Assembly (NCBI GenBank): GCA_026025795.1 | Contig: JAPEUG010000097.1 | Location: forward strand, 1 to 49,370 | DNA: 49,370 nucleotides | Direction: 5' to 3' | From: Thelocarpon superellum | Lineage: Eukaryota | Translations under genes and position numbers: made by a program | Shown: piece after piece, positions 22,932 through 33,481 of the stretch | Numbering within the stretch: the stretch's first letter is position 1 | Layout of the letters: every line of letters starts with the position of its first letter | Notes under the pieces: model-generated | The model's database searches: none | Seen by the model: the letters and a program-made list of their open reading frames with translations, nothing else | What the model was told of the DNA's origin: nothing

Positions 22932-24994
22932 TCACGATTGCTTGGAGGCGACAACGCCGGGCCTGCCACTGTGTTTCTCGTTGACGAATTGCGTGTTGGT
23001 TGGGGAAATTCCACCCTCCATGTACGTGTCCAGCTCCAAGTCGATCATGCCGTTGACATCCACGAAGCCATATTGTCGCGCCATGGCCTCAATCTGCTCA
23101 TCGTTGAGATGAGGTAGCTCCTTGGCAGCACGGACGTAGGACATGTTCTCCAGGTAGCCTTTGGCAAAGATGAGATCAATCTCTTCGAGCGAGCGCTGTT
23201 TGGTCTCGGGATAAAAGAAATAGCTAGCTCGGTGGGTCAGCGAGAAAAGCTCCGTCCGATATGGGCACTAGCCGCGGGCGGACGCACATGACCGGGATGA
23301 AACAAGCGTTGACGACCGCGAAGAACAGGTACGTGCCCCACCCTGGAGTCCGATCAGTACAGGTGGGAGGCAGCGGAGATCACGGCGACCAACCAATATT
23401 GCTGATCATGATTGGGGTGATCATGACGACCAAGAAGTTGAACAGCCAATTGGAACAGGTCGAGACGGCGTTTGCCTTCTGCCGTGTCTTGATCGGGTTG
23501 ATCTCGGCGGGATAGAGCTATGTCCCGATCAGCAGGATAGGGCACGGGCTCAGACGTGCTGAACGAACCCAGGGCAGGGGCAACCAGGTCGCGCCAAAGC
23601 TGGCGATATAGGTAAATAATCCGACCGCTGCGCCCTTGGCCGCCATGGGCGTGCCAGGGATGAGACAAGCAAAGGTGAGAACCATGGAAAGACCCTGGCC
23701 CGCGGTTCCCCACAGGAAGAGCTTGCGGCGCCCGGCACGTTCGATGATGAACCAGCTGACAGTGGCAAAGATGGCGTAGACGATCATGTTGATGCCTCCA
23801 AGCAACAAGCTCATGGTATGGGTTTGATGAATGGAGGTCTGAAACAGGATGGGGAAGTAGTAGATGACGGCGTTGCAGCCGCCAATCTGCTGCATGAACT
23901 GCGACGATGCCCCGAGCATCATGCGGCGGAAGTGTTGGGTCTTGCCGTTGGTGAAGAGGGCGCTGAAGGGTGTGTTGCCGGCGGCGAGGCCACTGGCCTT
24001 GATGCTGTCCATGATGATGTTCTTCTGGAGCTGCGTCTCCTTGTCATGCACCTCAAGACCCCGCAGCGCAGCGATGACTCGTTCGCCTTCGACGTGTCGA
24101 TCGTGCGTGAGCAACCAGCGGGGGGACTCGGGCAGCCAGAAGGTGGGAATGACGAGGATAAGGGCGAAGAGGATCTGAAATGAGATGGGGAATCGCCAGG
24201 TCAGATCCGGAGAGCCGTAGCTCGCGCCAAAGTCGATCCAATAGGCGATTAGCGTGCCAAAGGCAATCACGCCGCCCTCGATGCAGATCAAGAGACCACG
24301 GTTGGAGGTTCGAGAACACTCCGCTTGATATGTCGGGATGGTGGAGGTGTTGATGCCATTGCCGATCCCCGTCACGACTCGACCGATGATGAATTGCGCC
24401 TGGCGGACGAGTCAGCGGGTGGAGGGCGGTTGGCGAGGTCATCTTACCAAGGCGGCATGGCCGGCATAGGCAGTTACCTGGATGATGACCCCGAAGATCA
24501 TGATCGTGCCACCAAGAATCATCTGAATACCGTGAGCGGGGCGAGGGTCAGAGGGTTGAAAGCGCCTACCGCACGACGTCTGCCCAATCGGTCTCCCAGG
24601 GTCAAGATGAAGATGGCCCCCGCGAGACATCCTGTCATTCCATTCAGTGCCAATCCCGACTCGCTTAAGGAGTCCACATGAGATTCATACCAAGCTCGTA
24701 GATGGCCGTGACCAGACCTTGCATGGTCGAGTTGTTCTTGGTGGCGGGAAAGTTGTCATTGAAGGCCGGGCCTAGGATCGTCAACGCCTGGAACGAGTCA
24801 TCGATATGCCCCTTCGTGCCACTGACCCGTAATGATTCCGGACATGACCCCCTCTACGGTCTCGTCAGTCAATGCTGGGTGATGGAGAGAGGCAACGCAC
24901 GATCATAACCAAACAGCACGAAGCCCGTCGTACAGACGGTAGAGACGGCCAGGCTCAGCGACCTTCCGGTCAAGCCCATGTACGAAGGCGCCAT
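22932..24994 (-). CDS. MFS sugar porter, STL1-like polyol/sugar:H+ symporter (9 exons)
   Basis: Spliced product has LFGYDQGVMSG, GDRLGRR, PTYQAE, PESPRWL, QQIGGCNAVIYY, ERAGRRKL, WLYPAEI and YPETKQRSLEEIDLIFAKG. Eight short GT-AG introns located, e.g. 24900..24854, 24826..24772, 24690..24632, 24569..24523, 24447..24400, 23568..23518. Confidence 0.93.
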
Positions 24995-25494
24995 GATGGA
25001 GATTCGTTGCCTAGCCTTGCTCCTTGAACGACCGTCTTATCGGGTCATCACTTTGGGCACGCGAGTCCCTCCTCGCCGTGTGCCTTTGTAGTTCTCCATC
25101 CACCTTGGCACGACCGAGGGAGAAGCGGTTTCTCCCGACACCGGACGGGCCGAGCGACAGATCCGGGGTAAGAACCATCTCCACATGCCCGTACGGGTGC
25201 CAGCAAGTGTCATGGCGCTCTTCGCCTCAGTGCTGCCAGTGTTGCTGGTGTAGTGCCGGGCAAACACTGGGGGGGAGGGCGGCTGATTGGACGGGCCATG
25301 TTGAGCAACATGCCCTCCGAGGAAGCTTGATCTGTGTCCCTGCAGGGCACGAGTGATGGCGAAGGACGACCTTCCTTTCCCCGCGCTGAGGCCTCCGCTT
25401 AGTGCTCTGGTACGGTAGATATGAAGAAGTTTATTTGACCGTGGCGAGCGATATCACATGGAGCGACGAAGGTTGGGCAGTGGCGACGATTCAC

Positions 25495-25557
25495 GGTACG
25501 GGTACGGGTATGAGAGCGATGGCGAGGGCGAGGGCGAGTGCGAGTGCGAGTGCGAGT
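25495..25557. repeat. Compound hexamer microsatellite (GGTACG)~3 + (GCGAGK)6 upstream of the sugar transporter
   Basis: Read directly from the sequence. Confidence 0.85.
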
Positions 25558-26441
25558 CCTGTACTCGTACGCCGCAGGCCCGGAGGTCTCGCACGCTCGT
25601 GCCATCCGCTTGCCTCGGCTCCTTCCGGCCGGCTGGATAATCCGCGTCGATCAGGAAACAATAACAAACACGGTCAATGGCTGTTGTTGATGAGCATCGT
25701 AAGCATGCCTTGCGCTCTAAAAGAAGCATAGTGATATCATCAGCGATAAGGACCAACTGAGTTCCTTAAGCCACGACATGTGTTACACCGCGGGAATCAT
25801 TCGACATCTCCTCGGACGTTGAGCTCGAAGCTCACACGATCTGAACGCACACAGATAATTTCACGTCTTGGATCTCTGACGGATTGAAAAGTCTGCCCGG
25901 ATCTGGCAACAGGTCTGATCAAACCTGTCCTGGGTGTAGGTAATGCACTGTCGGGGCCCGGAACGCAGATGGGGCCTCTACTCCGACCGCCTTGTTGAAC
26001 CTACTCCCCTCGACTCATCGGCCAGAACCTCTTCGACGTCCTGTTCCATGACCAATGGTAGGCTGGTACCTAGAGTGAAACGTGGTGTATAGGGTCTGAT
26101 GTCTCCTCGGACACTGCCACGTCGGCCGATCTACGGAAAAATCTGCCACACCATACTCATCATACCACGCAGGAAAGCAGATGGGACCTGAGGAGGCTGA
26201 GAGTGGCCCACCATTTGGCCACCAGTTCCTTCGTTGGGGTCACGGTATACACAGCTGACGGTGGCACTTCTACGGCGAGATGGGAAGGGGGATCTGCTTA
26301 GCTACATGGCATCTTGCCAAGAAGTACCATTGCTAAGACTACTTACCTCTGTTCGCCAGCAGGCATGAAGGAATAAGCCACTGCACACACAGACCGCACA
26401 ACCAATTTTAATTTGTGACAGCTTGCACTGTGAAGAATTAG

Positions 26442-27350
26442 CTAAGCCATGGTAGAAACATGATATGCCATACCTATAGCGCCGCGAGCGCCTTGGTCCA
26501 GTCCATCCAAGAGCGACATGTCAGACGCCTCAATGTTGAAGCCGTACACGTCTGCGTTGGACTCTATCCTGGACGGTGTGTCGCTCTTCGGCAATGGCAC
26601 CCAGCCCTTCTGCAGGCAATATCGAATCAAGATGTGGGGTTCACTGGTCTTGTATTTCTCCGCCAGGGACTTCACGGTCGGATCGCCCGCCTTCTGGTTC
26701 CGCACCAGGGGGGAGTAAGCTTCGATGATGATCCCATGCTTGTTGCAGTAATCCACGATGGTGCGTTGTTGACACCATGGATGAAGCTAGGCAGGGTCAG
26801 TCATGGACGATGGCATGGAACGAATGTACCTCCTCACCTCGATCTGATTGACATGCGGTGGCCAGACCTTGGCGTAAGCTTTCATCTCCTCGATATGGCC
26901 CACGCCATAGTTACTGACGCCGATGCTCTTCGTCTTGCCCTCGTCGTATAAACGTTCCAACGCTTGCCATTTCTCCTTTCGACCCGACGGGCCCCCGCTC
27001 GAACTGTGGACCAGAAAGAGATCCACGTAGCCGTCCAGAGCCACCTTCTCGACACTCTCCGCGCATCGCTGATACGACTTCTCCGGGCTGCCGGCGGCGC
27101 TGATGATCTTGGTGGTGATGAAGATGGAACTGCGGGGCAGCTTGCTCTGCCGCACCGCTTCGCCTACATCTTCCTCATTGCCGTAATACTGGGCGGTGTC
27201 GATGTGGCGATACCCAGCTCGAAGGGCGGTCAAGCATGACTGGACGCAGACCGATCGTGGGGACTTGTAGACGCCAAATCCGAGCTGGGGAATCTTCACG
27301 CTGCTGTTGGGGAGCGGAAGCAGATCAGTCAACGCGAGTTTCATAGCCAT
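26442..27350 (-). CDS. NADPH-dependent aldo-keto reductase (AKR5/YJR096W-like; 2 exons)
   Basis: Motifs IPQLGFGVY, GYRHIDTAQYY, FITTK, DLFLVHS, SIGVSNY, NQIE-LHPW, EAYSPL and PLPKS, with the Asp/Tyr/Lys/His tetrad. Intron 26837..26787. Start is ATG 27350 or 27344. Confidence 0.93.
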
Positions 27351-29870
27351 GACGACGATGTGTCTCGATTGTTGACCTGAAGCACTGACCCACACGTCCA
27401 ATTGAAGACCGAACCCTTAGATCGACCTCCGACAACTGAGCAAGAAGGGAGACCGGAGGATGGATTAAGCTCAGGCCGCCACCCAGCCACGGCAAGAAGA
27501 GGTCTATGACGCCATTCCTGATCCCTGTCATCACCAACAGACCTGGGCGCTACATGGTGTATCCAATCAGATTCACGTGAAATTCAGGCCAAACATCAGA
27601 CTTGTAATGAATAAGATGACGTTCGTTATGCCATTCTCATCCACTGCTCTTCCAGCACCCAGTCTGCTATCATTCATAGGCTCGAATTACAAGAAGCCGA
27701 ACTTCCCCTGTCTCGAGCGAGATATGAGTCGTCCCGACGCAACAGAGAAAGGAACAACCGAACGAAAACGAATCAAATTCGGCTTCCTCGATACCGTTGA
27801 CCGAACAATTACCCCACTACAATCGGGATCTCTTGTGATGGCGGGAATGCCAGTCTTACGGCTATTGTTTGCGGCTTGCCCTCGGACACTGAAACGATAT
27901 ACAGCAAGAGCATGCAACTCAAAGCGTCCACAAGACTGTCCTACGTGACTGCGGACCGCCGCAAAGCCCAGTAGAATGTGACGATTCGCCAGGGTCCATC
28001 GACGACCTGCCTGATTGGCTGGTAAGAGCTAGGAAGCCATGCTCGTACGGGTACTCTTCCTGCCGCTAGTTCCTCGGATGCAACGCCAGAATTATGCCCT
28101 CGTCGGAACACAACACTGTTTCCAGTGAAGCGGTGAAGTCAAGCTTTCTAGGAAATCCTCGGCTGTGACCAGAGTCACACCACTCACATATCTCCATCGC
28201 TGGCGTCAGGTAGACAACCTGCTTTCCAGACCGCTCTCTAGCTCCCTTGGGGATAGGCCAGTGGAAGTAATTTGACTCCGCTCCGATACCCCGCCAATGT
28301 ATCGATATACCAGGGATATTGTTGAAGCGCGGCGGGGCCTTGATCACTGCAATCACGGAGGGAGGCTTGCCCGCTATCGCTGGAGTCCCAGATAAGTCAC
28401 TGCGGTGTCCAACCGCCTCACCCAGCATTGATGCAGCTAGAGCAGCCAGAGTCAAGATTGCAAGCAACGATGCATATGGACGGTATGGTAACACTCGTAG
28501 TAGAGCGCGGGAAGTGGATAGGCCAAATTAGTAGGCAATGAGCGGTGGGCGGGTGCGGAGTGCGTTGATGGCGAGCCGTGATTCGGCAAGGACGAGGACG
28601 ACTCTAGCAGGTCTGGATTGGCGATCCCTTTGGTCAGAAGCCATGATGGGCCTGGTCGTATGCTCGCTGCCGACCTCAGCTGAGCCCTGCCGTCCAATCA
28701 GCCAGGTCGATGTGCCTTATCCCTTCGTTGCTCCACGCCCCGAGGACCCTTGGGACGGGTATCGGGACGAACTTGCACGCTAGCAGAACTAGTCACATCT
28801 GAAGGAAGACGCGGTCGAGATGGTTCATGGTCTCTTTCGCGTAGCTCCAGTGAGGCGGGAGACGGACACCTGAGCTGTAGACCAACTCGTTTCCACGGCG
28901 AGTGATACAACGCCAATCAACTGTTGGGCTGTGGCCCCGGCTACGCGATATATACTGAATCTATGGGGGATGGCCGCCTGTGTCCCCGTGCCATCCACGG
29001 GGCAATCCACTCGTGTTGTTAGAAGACACGGGGGCCCCATGGACTGTATACCAGATTGCGAGTAAGAATAAATGTAGGAATGTGATCGGCCGAGTGGCCG
29101 ATTTCTTTGTTGGTACATCGCTATATCACAAGACACAATAGGATTGTGAGAGCAGCCAACGCAAACAACAAACCAGCGGTCGGAGCGGGAATCGACGCAA
29201 AGTTTCGCCGCTGCGGTGGGCGGCGAAAGATCCGAAAAACACTTGCTGTAACGTCCCACGTCCCAATTGACGACGCTCCATACGCCTGAAGGTGCCGGGG
29301 ACGCTTCCTGAACTCCTGCACTGTCAAGGAGACATTGAGGAATGGTCAATGGCCAAAGAGGCGCGCAGCGAGGCGAAGGGGCTCGCACCAGGCGCGAACA
29401 GGGAAGATAACGATCGCAGAGGTGCCGAAAAAAGGACAGAGCTTAGCGCCAGACGGGTTTAGACATGCTGACATGGACCGGCGTGATCTCCAACAGCTGA
29501 TAATGGGCAGGGGAAGAGAGCTAGAGACGAGTGAGGAGGATCGCCTAGCTGTGTTCCGCATGCACCGTCTCCCTATGATATGCGCCGGCGGGCAAACCTG
29601 AGCTTGTACACGAACCACTCCTGCGTCAGCCGGCCCTTGTCTGCGCGTTGTCTCACCGGCCCCCCCCCGGCCTTCCCGGCCTGACCACGCCTACCCCGGC
29701 TGCCGGGGACCGTCCCGCGGTTTTACCCCTCCGCTGCTTCGTGCAGACGTATATATTGGACCTCGCCCCAGCCAGGGCCTTGATCCATCTCTACACTTAC
29801 CTACCTGTATAACGCGTATCGCCATTATTTCGCCACCAGTACTCGTCCTCTAGACCATCCTTTACCCAAC

Positions 29871-30238
29871 ATGTCGTCCCAAGAAGCCTCTCAGCCCATG
29901 CCGGCCTTGCAAATGCAGGCATCCTCTCTGGTCAACAATCAGCAGAGTGTCACTGCCGAGCAACCCGTGGGTGGAACCTCACGCCCGACGTCGTTTATGG
30001 AACCAATAGATGCTGACCTTTATCCAATTGATGTAGAAGCCTGCCAATGGCATGTCAGCGTCTCCAGAGCTTGCGCTGCGAGGTGGAATCGACGGCGAAG
30101 AAGTGTGCTGTGCTGCGTGAGTTATTTCCACCTTCGGCCCCACCGGTTCTCGACGGCTGCTGAGACAAACCTTCCAGTTGTATCGGCGCCTGTTGCTGCT
30201 GCTGTGACGAAACCATCAAAGATTGCTGCTGCTGTTAA
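29871..30238 (+). CDS. 78-aa microprotein with Gln/Pro-rich N-terminus, LRGG motif and poly-Cys C-terminus (CYSTM-like; 3 exons)
   Basis: Introns 29967..30036 (GTGGGT...CTGAC...TAG) and 30117..30177 (GTGAGT...CAG). Exons 96+80+61=237 nt give ...AEQP-KPANGMSASPELALRGGIDGEEVCCAACIGACCCCCDETIKDCCCC*. Confidence 0.82.
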
Positions 30239-30455
30239 GCGGAACAGGGACCGAGTCCCACTTACCAAAGCGAGAACGGCTAATTTGAAGGCGGCCGTGC
30301 TTTGTGAAGCTTGCGATGGGAGAATAGGAGATCCCCGCGGCTAGCATTGGCCCATACTTATCTAAGATACCAAACAGTAGTTACCAATACAGGAGCTATG
30401 CGGCCAACATAGCCCTAGGGATTTGACTTGGCTCGTTTCTCCACCCCGTAGTCAC

Positions 30456-32078
30456 CTATTTCCTCCGCTGGGCGGCAATTCGTATCTTCGGAAAAGTCAA
30501 AGGTAGCCGCAAGCGTGCCGCCTTGTGGGAGGACGCCTGGGATTTCGATAGGCCCGATGCTCTCATCTCAATGTCCGAGAGTGCGGTAATGGTACACCCA
30601 ATCTCTCGGTAATACGTGGTCATGCTAAAGCACCGAGATCAATGAGCGGTCGTTTGGAGAAGGATGCACCAAGGATAGACATACCGCTTGCTGGTCAATT
30701 TAAGATCATCTCTCAGGTCATTAATGTCGACGTTATAGTCGTCGACCAAGAGCGTCAGAGCAGCCATATGCGTGATGAGATTATCGACCCGCCACAGATT
30801 GATCTTCCTAGAGATCATGTAAGTAAAAAAACCGTACTTCGCTTGTTAAGACACTTACCCGCCATCCGCAAATCGTCTTCGAATTCCGTCAATCAGATGA
30901 TCCGGCGCGTCGAGGGCGGTGCGAAGATCGTCTCGTTGCGGGAGCTTCTTTCCGTCTTTCCCCACTCTCTTCAACGCGGAGAAGAAGTCGATGAGAAGGA
31001 GCAGATAGCGTAGCACTTTAAGCATCTTCACGTCACCCTTGGAGGCGATCCTCTGCACACGTCGACTGACATATCGACTGGAGATAGCGATCGCCGTGTT
31101 GGTGCGAGCGGCATCCTCCCATTCCTTCACAGACAAACTCTTCATCTCGTCCAAGCCTACCAGCACCTCGATTGGATACACATCGGACAACTGTTCCGCC
31201 TCCAAGTTGGCCCGAGGACGAGGCTTAACTTCATCGCTTGCGGTCTGTAGCTGTTCACGAGTGGCCATTTGCGAGGTGGAGATCGCCATCGAATCCAAGA
31301 CCGCGGCATTCAGGGGGTCGGATCGAAGAGGGATCGTGCTTTGCGAGGATGGCTCGTTGCGATCAGTTGATCTCTTTGAGCTAATGGCATTCTCCGTGAG
31401 AGCGGCGATGGCCTTGCGAGCCTTCTTGGTCCCAAAGGTGCTGCCGAGATTATTGCGGAGCTCCTGTCTCTGTTTCTTTACTTAGTCCATGGTATAAAGC
31501 ATGGTACGGTAAGGAACAGCAACGAACCGTCTGGAGACCCTTCGATGCTGACGCTGGCTTCGCCTCATGGCGTGCTGTGCTTCTCACCACCACCCTTCTG
31601 GCTTCAATCACTTGTACCTGGCCCGTTTGTGGGTCAAACAAGCCCACGAAATGCTTCAAAAGGCTGGATCCCCCTTCGGGGCGCTCCTCTTGTGCCATGT
31701 AGTCAAGAGCTGGGTGTTCCGACGAGTGTAGCAGCCATTCAGCGTCGGGCACATCACCACCCCTAGAATCTTGAGCGCGAGGGGTCTTTGCGGGAGCCTT
31801 CTTGAAAGGTTGTAATGAAAGGGTTGCGGGAAGCGAGAGTCCTGGCGAGATGGCTATAGAGAGTCAACACGGCGAAAGAAGGACTGCATGGTTCGAGACT
31901 GCGAGGAGCACTACATCCAGCGTGAGGGCAGGAACTCACCAAGGCAAGGTTTCCAATCGTCCAGCTCTTGAACTACAGCTACCTTCACCACTTCAGGAGA
32001 GGCAGGGGCGGCAACCGCAACCTTCTTCGCAGGCCGTTCGTGCACATGAGACACCCGTTTTCTCTTGAGCTCCGCCAT
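30456..32078 (-). CDS. RPA49: RNA polymerase I subunit A49 (5 exons)
   Basis: Motifs LLHSSEHPALDY, KHFVGLFDPQTG, LGSTFGTKKARKAI, DVYPIEVLV, LITHMAALTLLVDDY...DLRDDLKL, YYREIGC and RLRLPLTFPK. GT-AG introns at 31939..31854, about 31527..31470, from 30858 and near 30680..30625. Confidence 0.9.
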
Positions 32079-32696
32079 GCTCCACCATGTCAAGTGGTGC
32101 AGGGAGAGGGGACGTGGGAGAGGATGATTGCGAGAAGTGATGTTGTTCGTGGGCGATACCTGCTAACTAGGCGAGTGAAGAAGTTGCCAAGATTTTGACC
32201 GTAGAACGATATCAAGACTTTCTCTAGCAGCATAACATATCGTCTAAACTCGTTCTCATGAAATAATTGTAGACCTCTGGTCTCAACTACGAACTCCGCC
32301 TAGAGGGCCCTACGAAGGGTGATGCGTTTGATGCGTTCTTATTGAGACAACAAAGTTTTGATATCGGATTTGATCGCTCCTTCACGCATCCTTTCGTCGA
32401 GCCAAAGAGACTACAGGAAAGTACGGTGTGGACCATCAGACTCATGCTGCTCGTATCAAGGAAACCCCCCATGACGACCCAACAAGTGCTTAACCAGCTA
32501 GATTGCCGCTTCCGCACCTAGTCGCCTCCGTATCCCTCCCATCAATCCGAGATGCTGCATGAACGGTCTCGTGATTCTCTGTCGATGAACCAGATCCTGG
32601 GTACGCGGACTCGTGCTCATGGAGTTGCGGTCGTGCCCGGGTTGGACACGACGAGGTCGGAAGTGGAGCTGCTGAGATCGGGTCGTGGTGAAGAGT

Positions 32697-32858
32697 TTAC
32701 TTGCTGTTTTGTAACAGGTCAATAAGCATTGGCCGAGAAACACCGCGCCCGGACTAATAACGAGTAATAGGGAAAAGGTGAGCATACCTTCTGGCACGAG
32801 TCTTCCTCCTCTTGCGTTTGAGACGTCGAACACGCTTCTTTCTCCACTTGGCTCGCAT
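32697..32858 (-). CDS. RPL41: 60S ribosomal protein L41 (eL41), 25 aa
   Basis: ATG at 32858. Intron 32787..32704 yields MRAKWRKKRVRRLKRKRRKTRARSK*. Probable 5'UTR intron 32982..32877 (GTACGT...CTGAC...CAG). Confidence 0.96.
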
Positions 32859-33481
32859 CTTCGATAACTTGGGAAACTGCGTGAGGGCATGAGGTCAGCA
32901 TGACATGACCAGACGTCTCGGCTTCATCAACGGAATAGAATCGACCGCGATTGAGATGACGGTAGGATGTAGTGATACGTACTTGTTTTCGAGGATGGAA
33001 GTCGAGTAAAGAGCGAGTGGAAGGACGCCTTGGACAGTGGGGTTTTATGGGTTGTGTGGTCTTGGCGTTGACGCAGCACGCTAGGCCGCTTTGGGAACAG
33101 CAAGCGAACGCCAGTCACACGCATTCTGGTGCCTACCGGAGGAGACTAAACATAACTTAGTATGTTAATCTGCGCACACCTTACGGAGGGACCAGCAGAC
33201 TGAAGCATGCCTTGTTACGGGGGCATGGATGTTTTCAGTAGCGAGGGGCACATCGAAGCCGTAACGAGGCTCTGCCATTCAATAGAAGATTTGAGTGTGC
33301 GGCGACCAATGTCCGCCGGGTGGCTATCATATCAGTTCAGACCGCCTGAATTGCGGGCACCTGCGAGGAAACTATTTTATCGGTGTTAAGCCATGCTGCC
33401 TATTTCCCTCAGTACCTGTACGATCAAATGATACGACAGTGTGCAGTCCTTAGGCTCGCACTTGGACTGACCTGTCATCAG

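Noticed and set aside
22932..23144. 70-aa ORF as a separate gene or as first exon of the orphan protein
   Set aside because: It is the C-terminal tail of the sugar transporter's last exon (continuous with YPETKQRSLEEIDLIFAKG).
25000..25400. CreA-type SYGGRG sites upstream of the sugar transporter
   Set aside because: Several occur, but this degenerate hexamer is expected frequently by chance in GC-rich DNA.
32877..32982. Box C/D snoRNA in the RPL41 5'UTR intron (TGATGA...CTGA)
   Set aside because: The boxes are only about 30 nt apart, the CTGA coincides with the intron branch point, and no terminal stem is visible.
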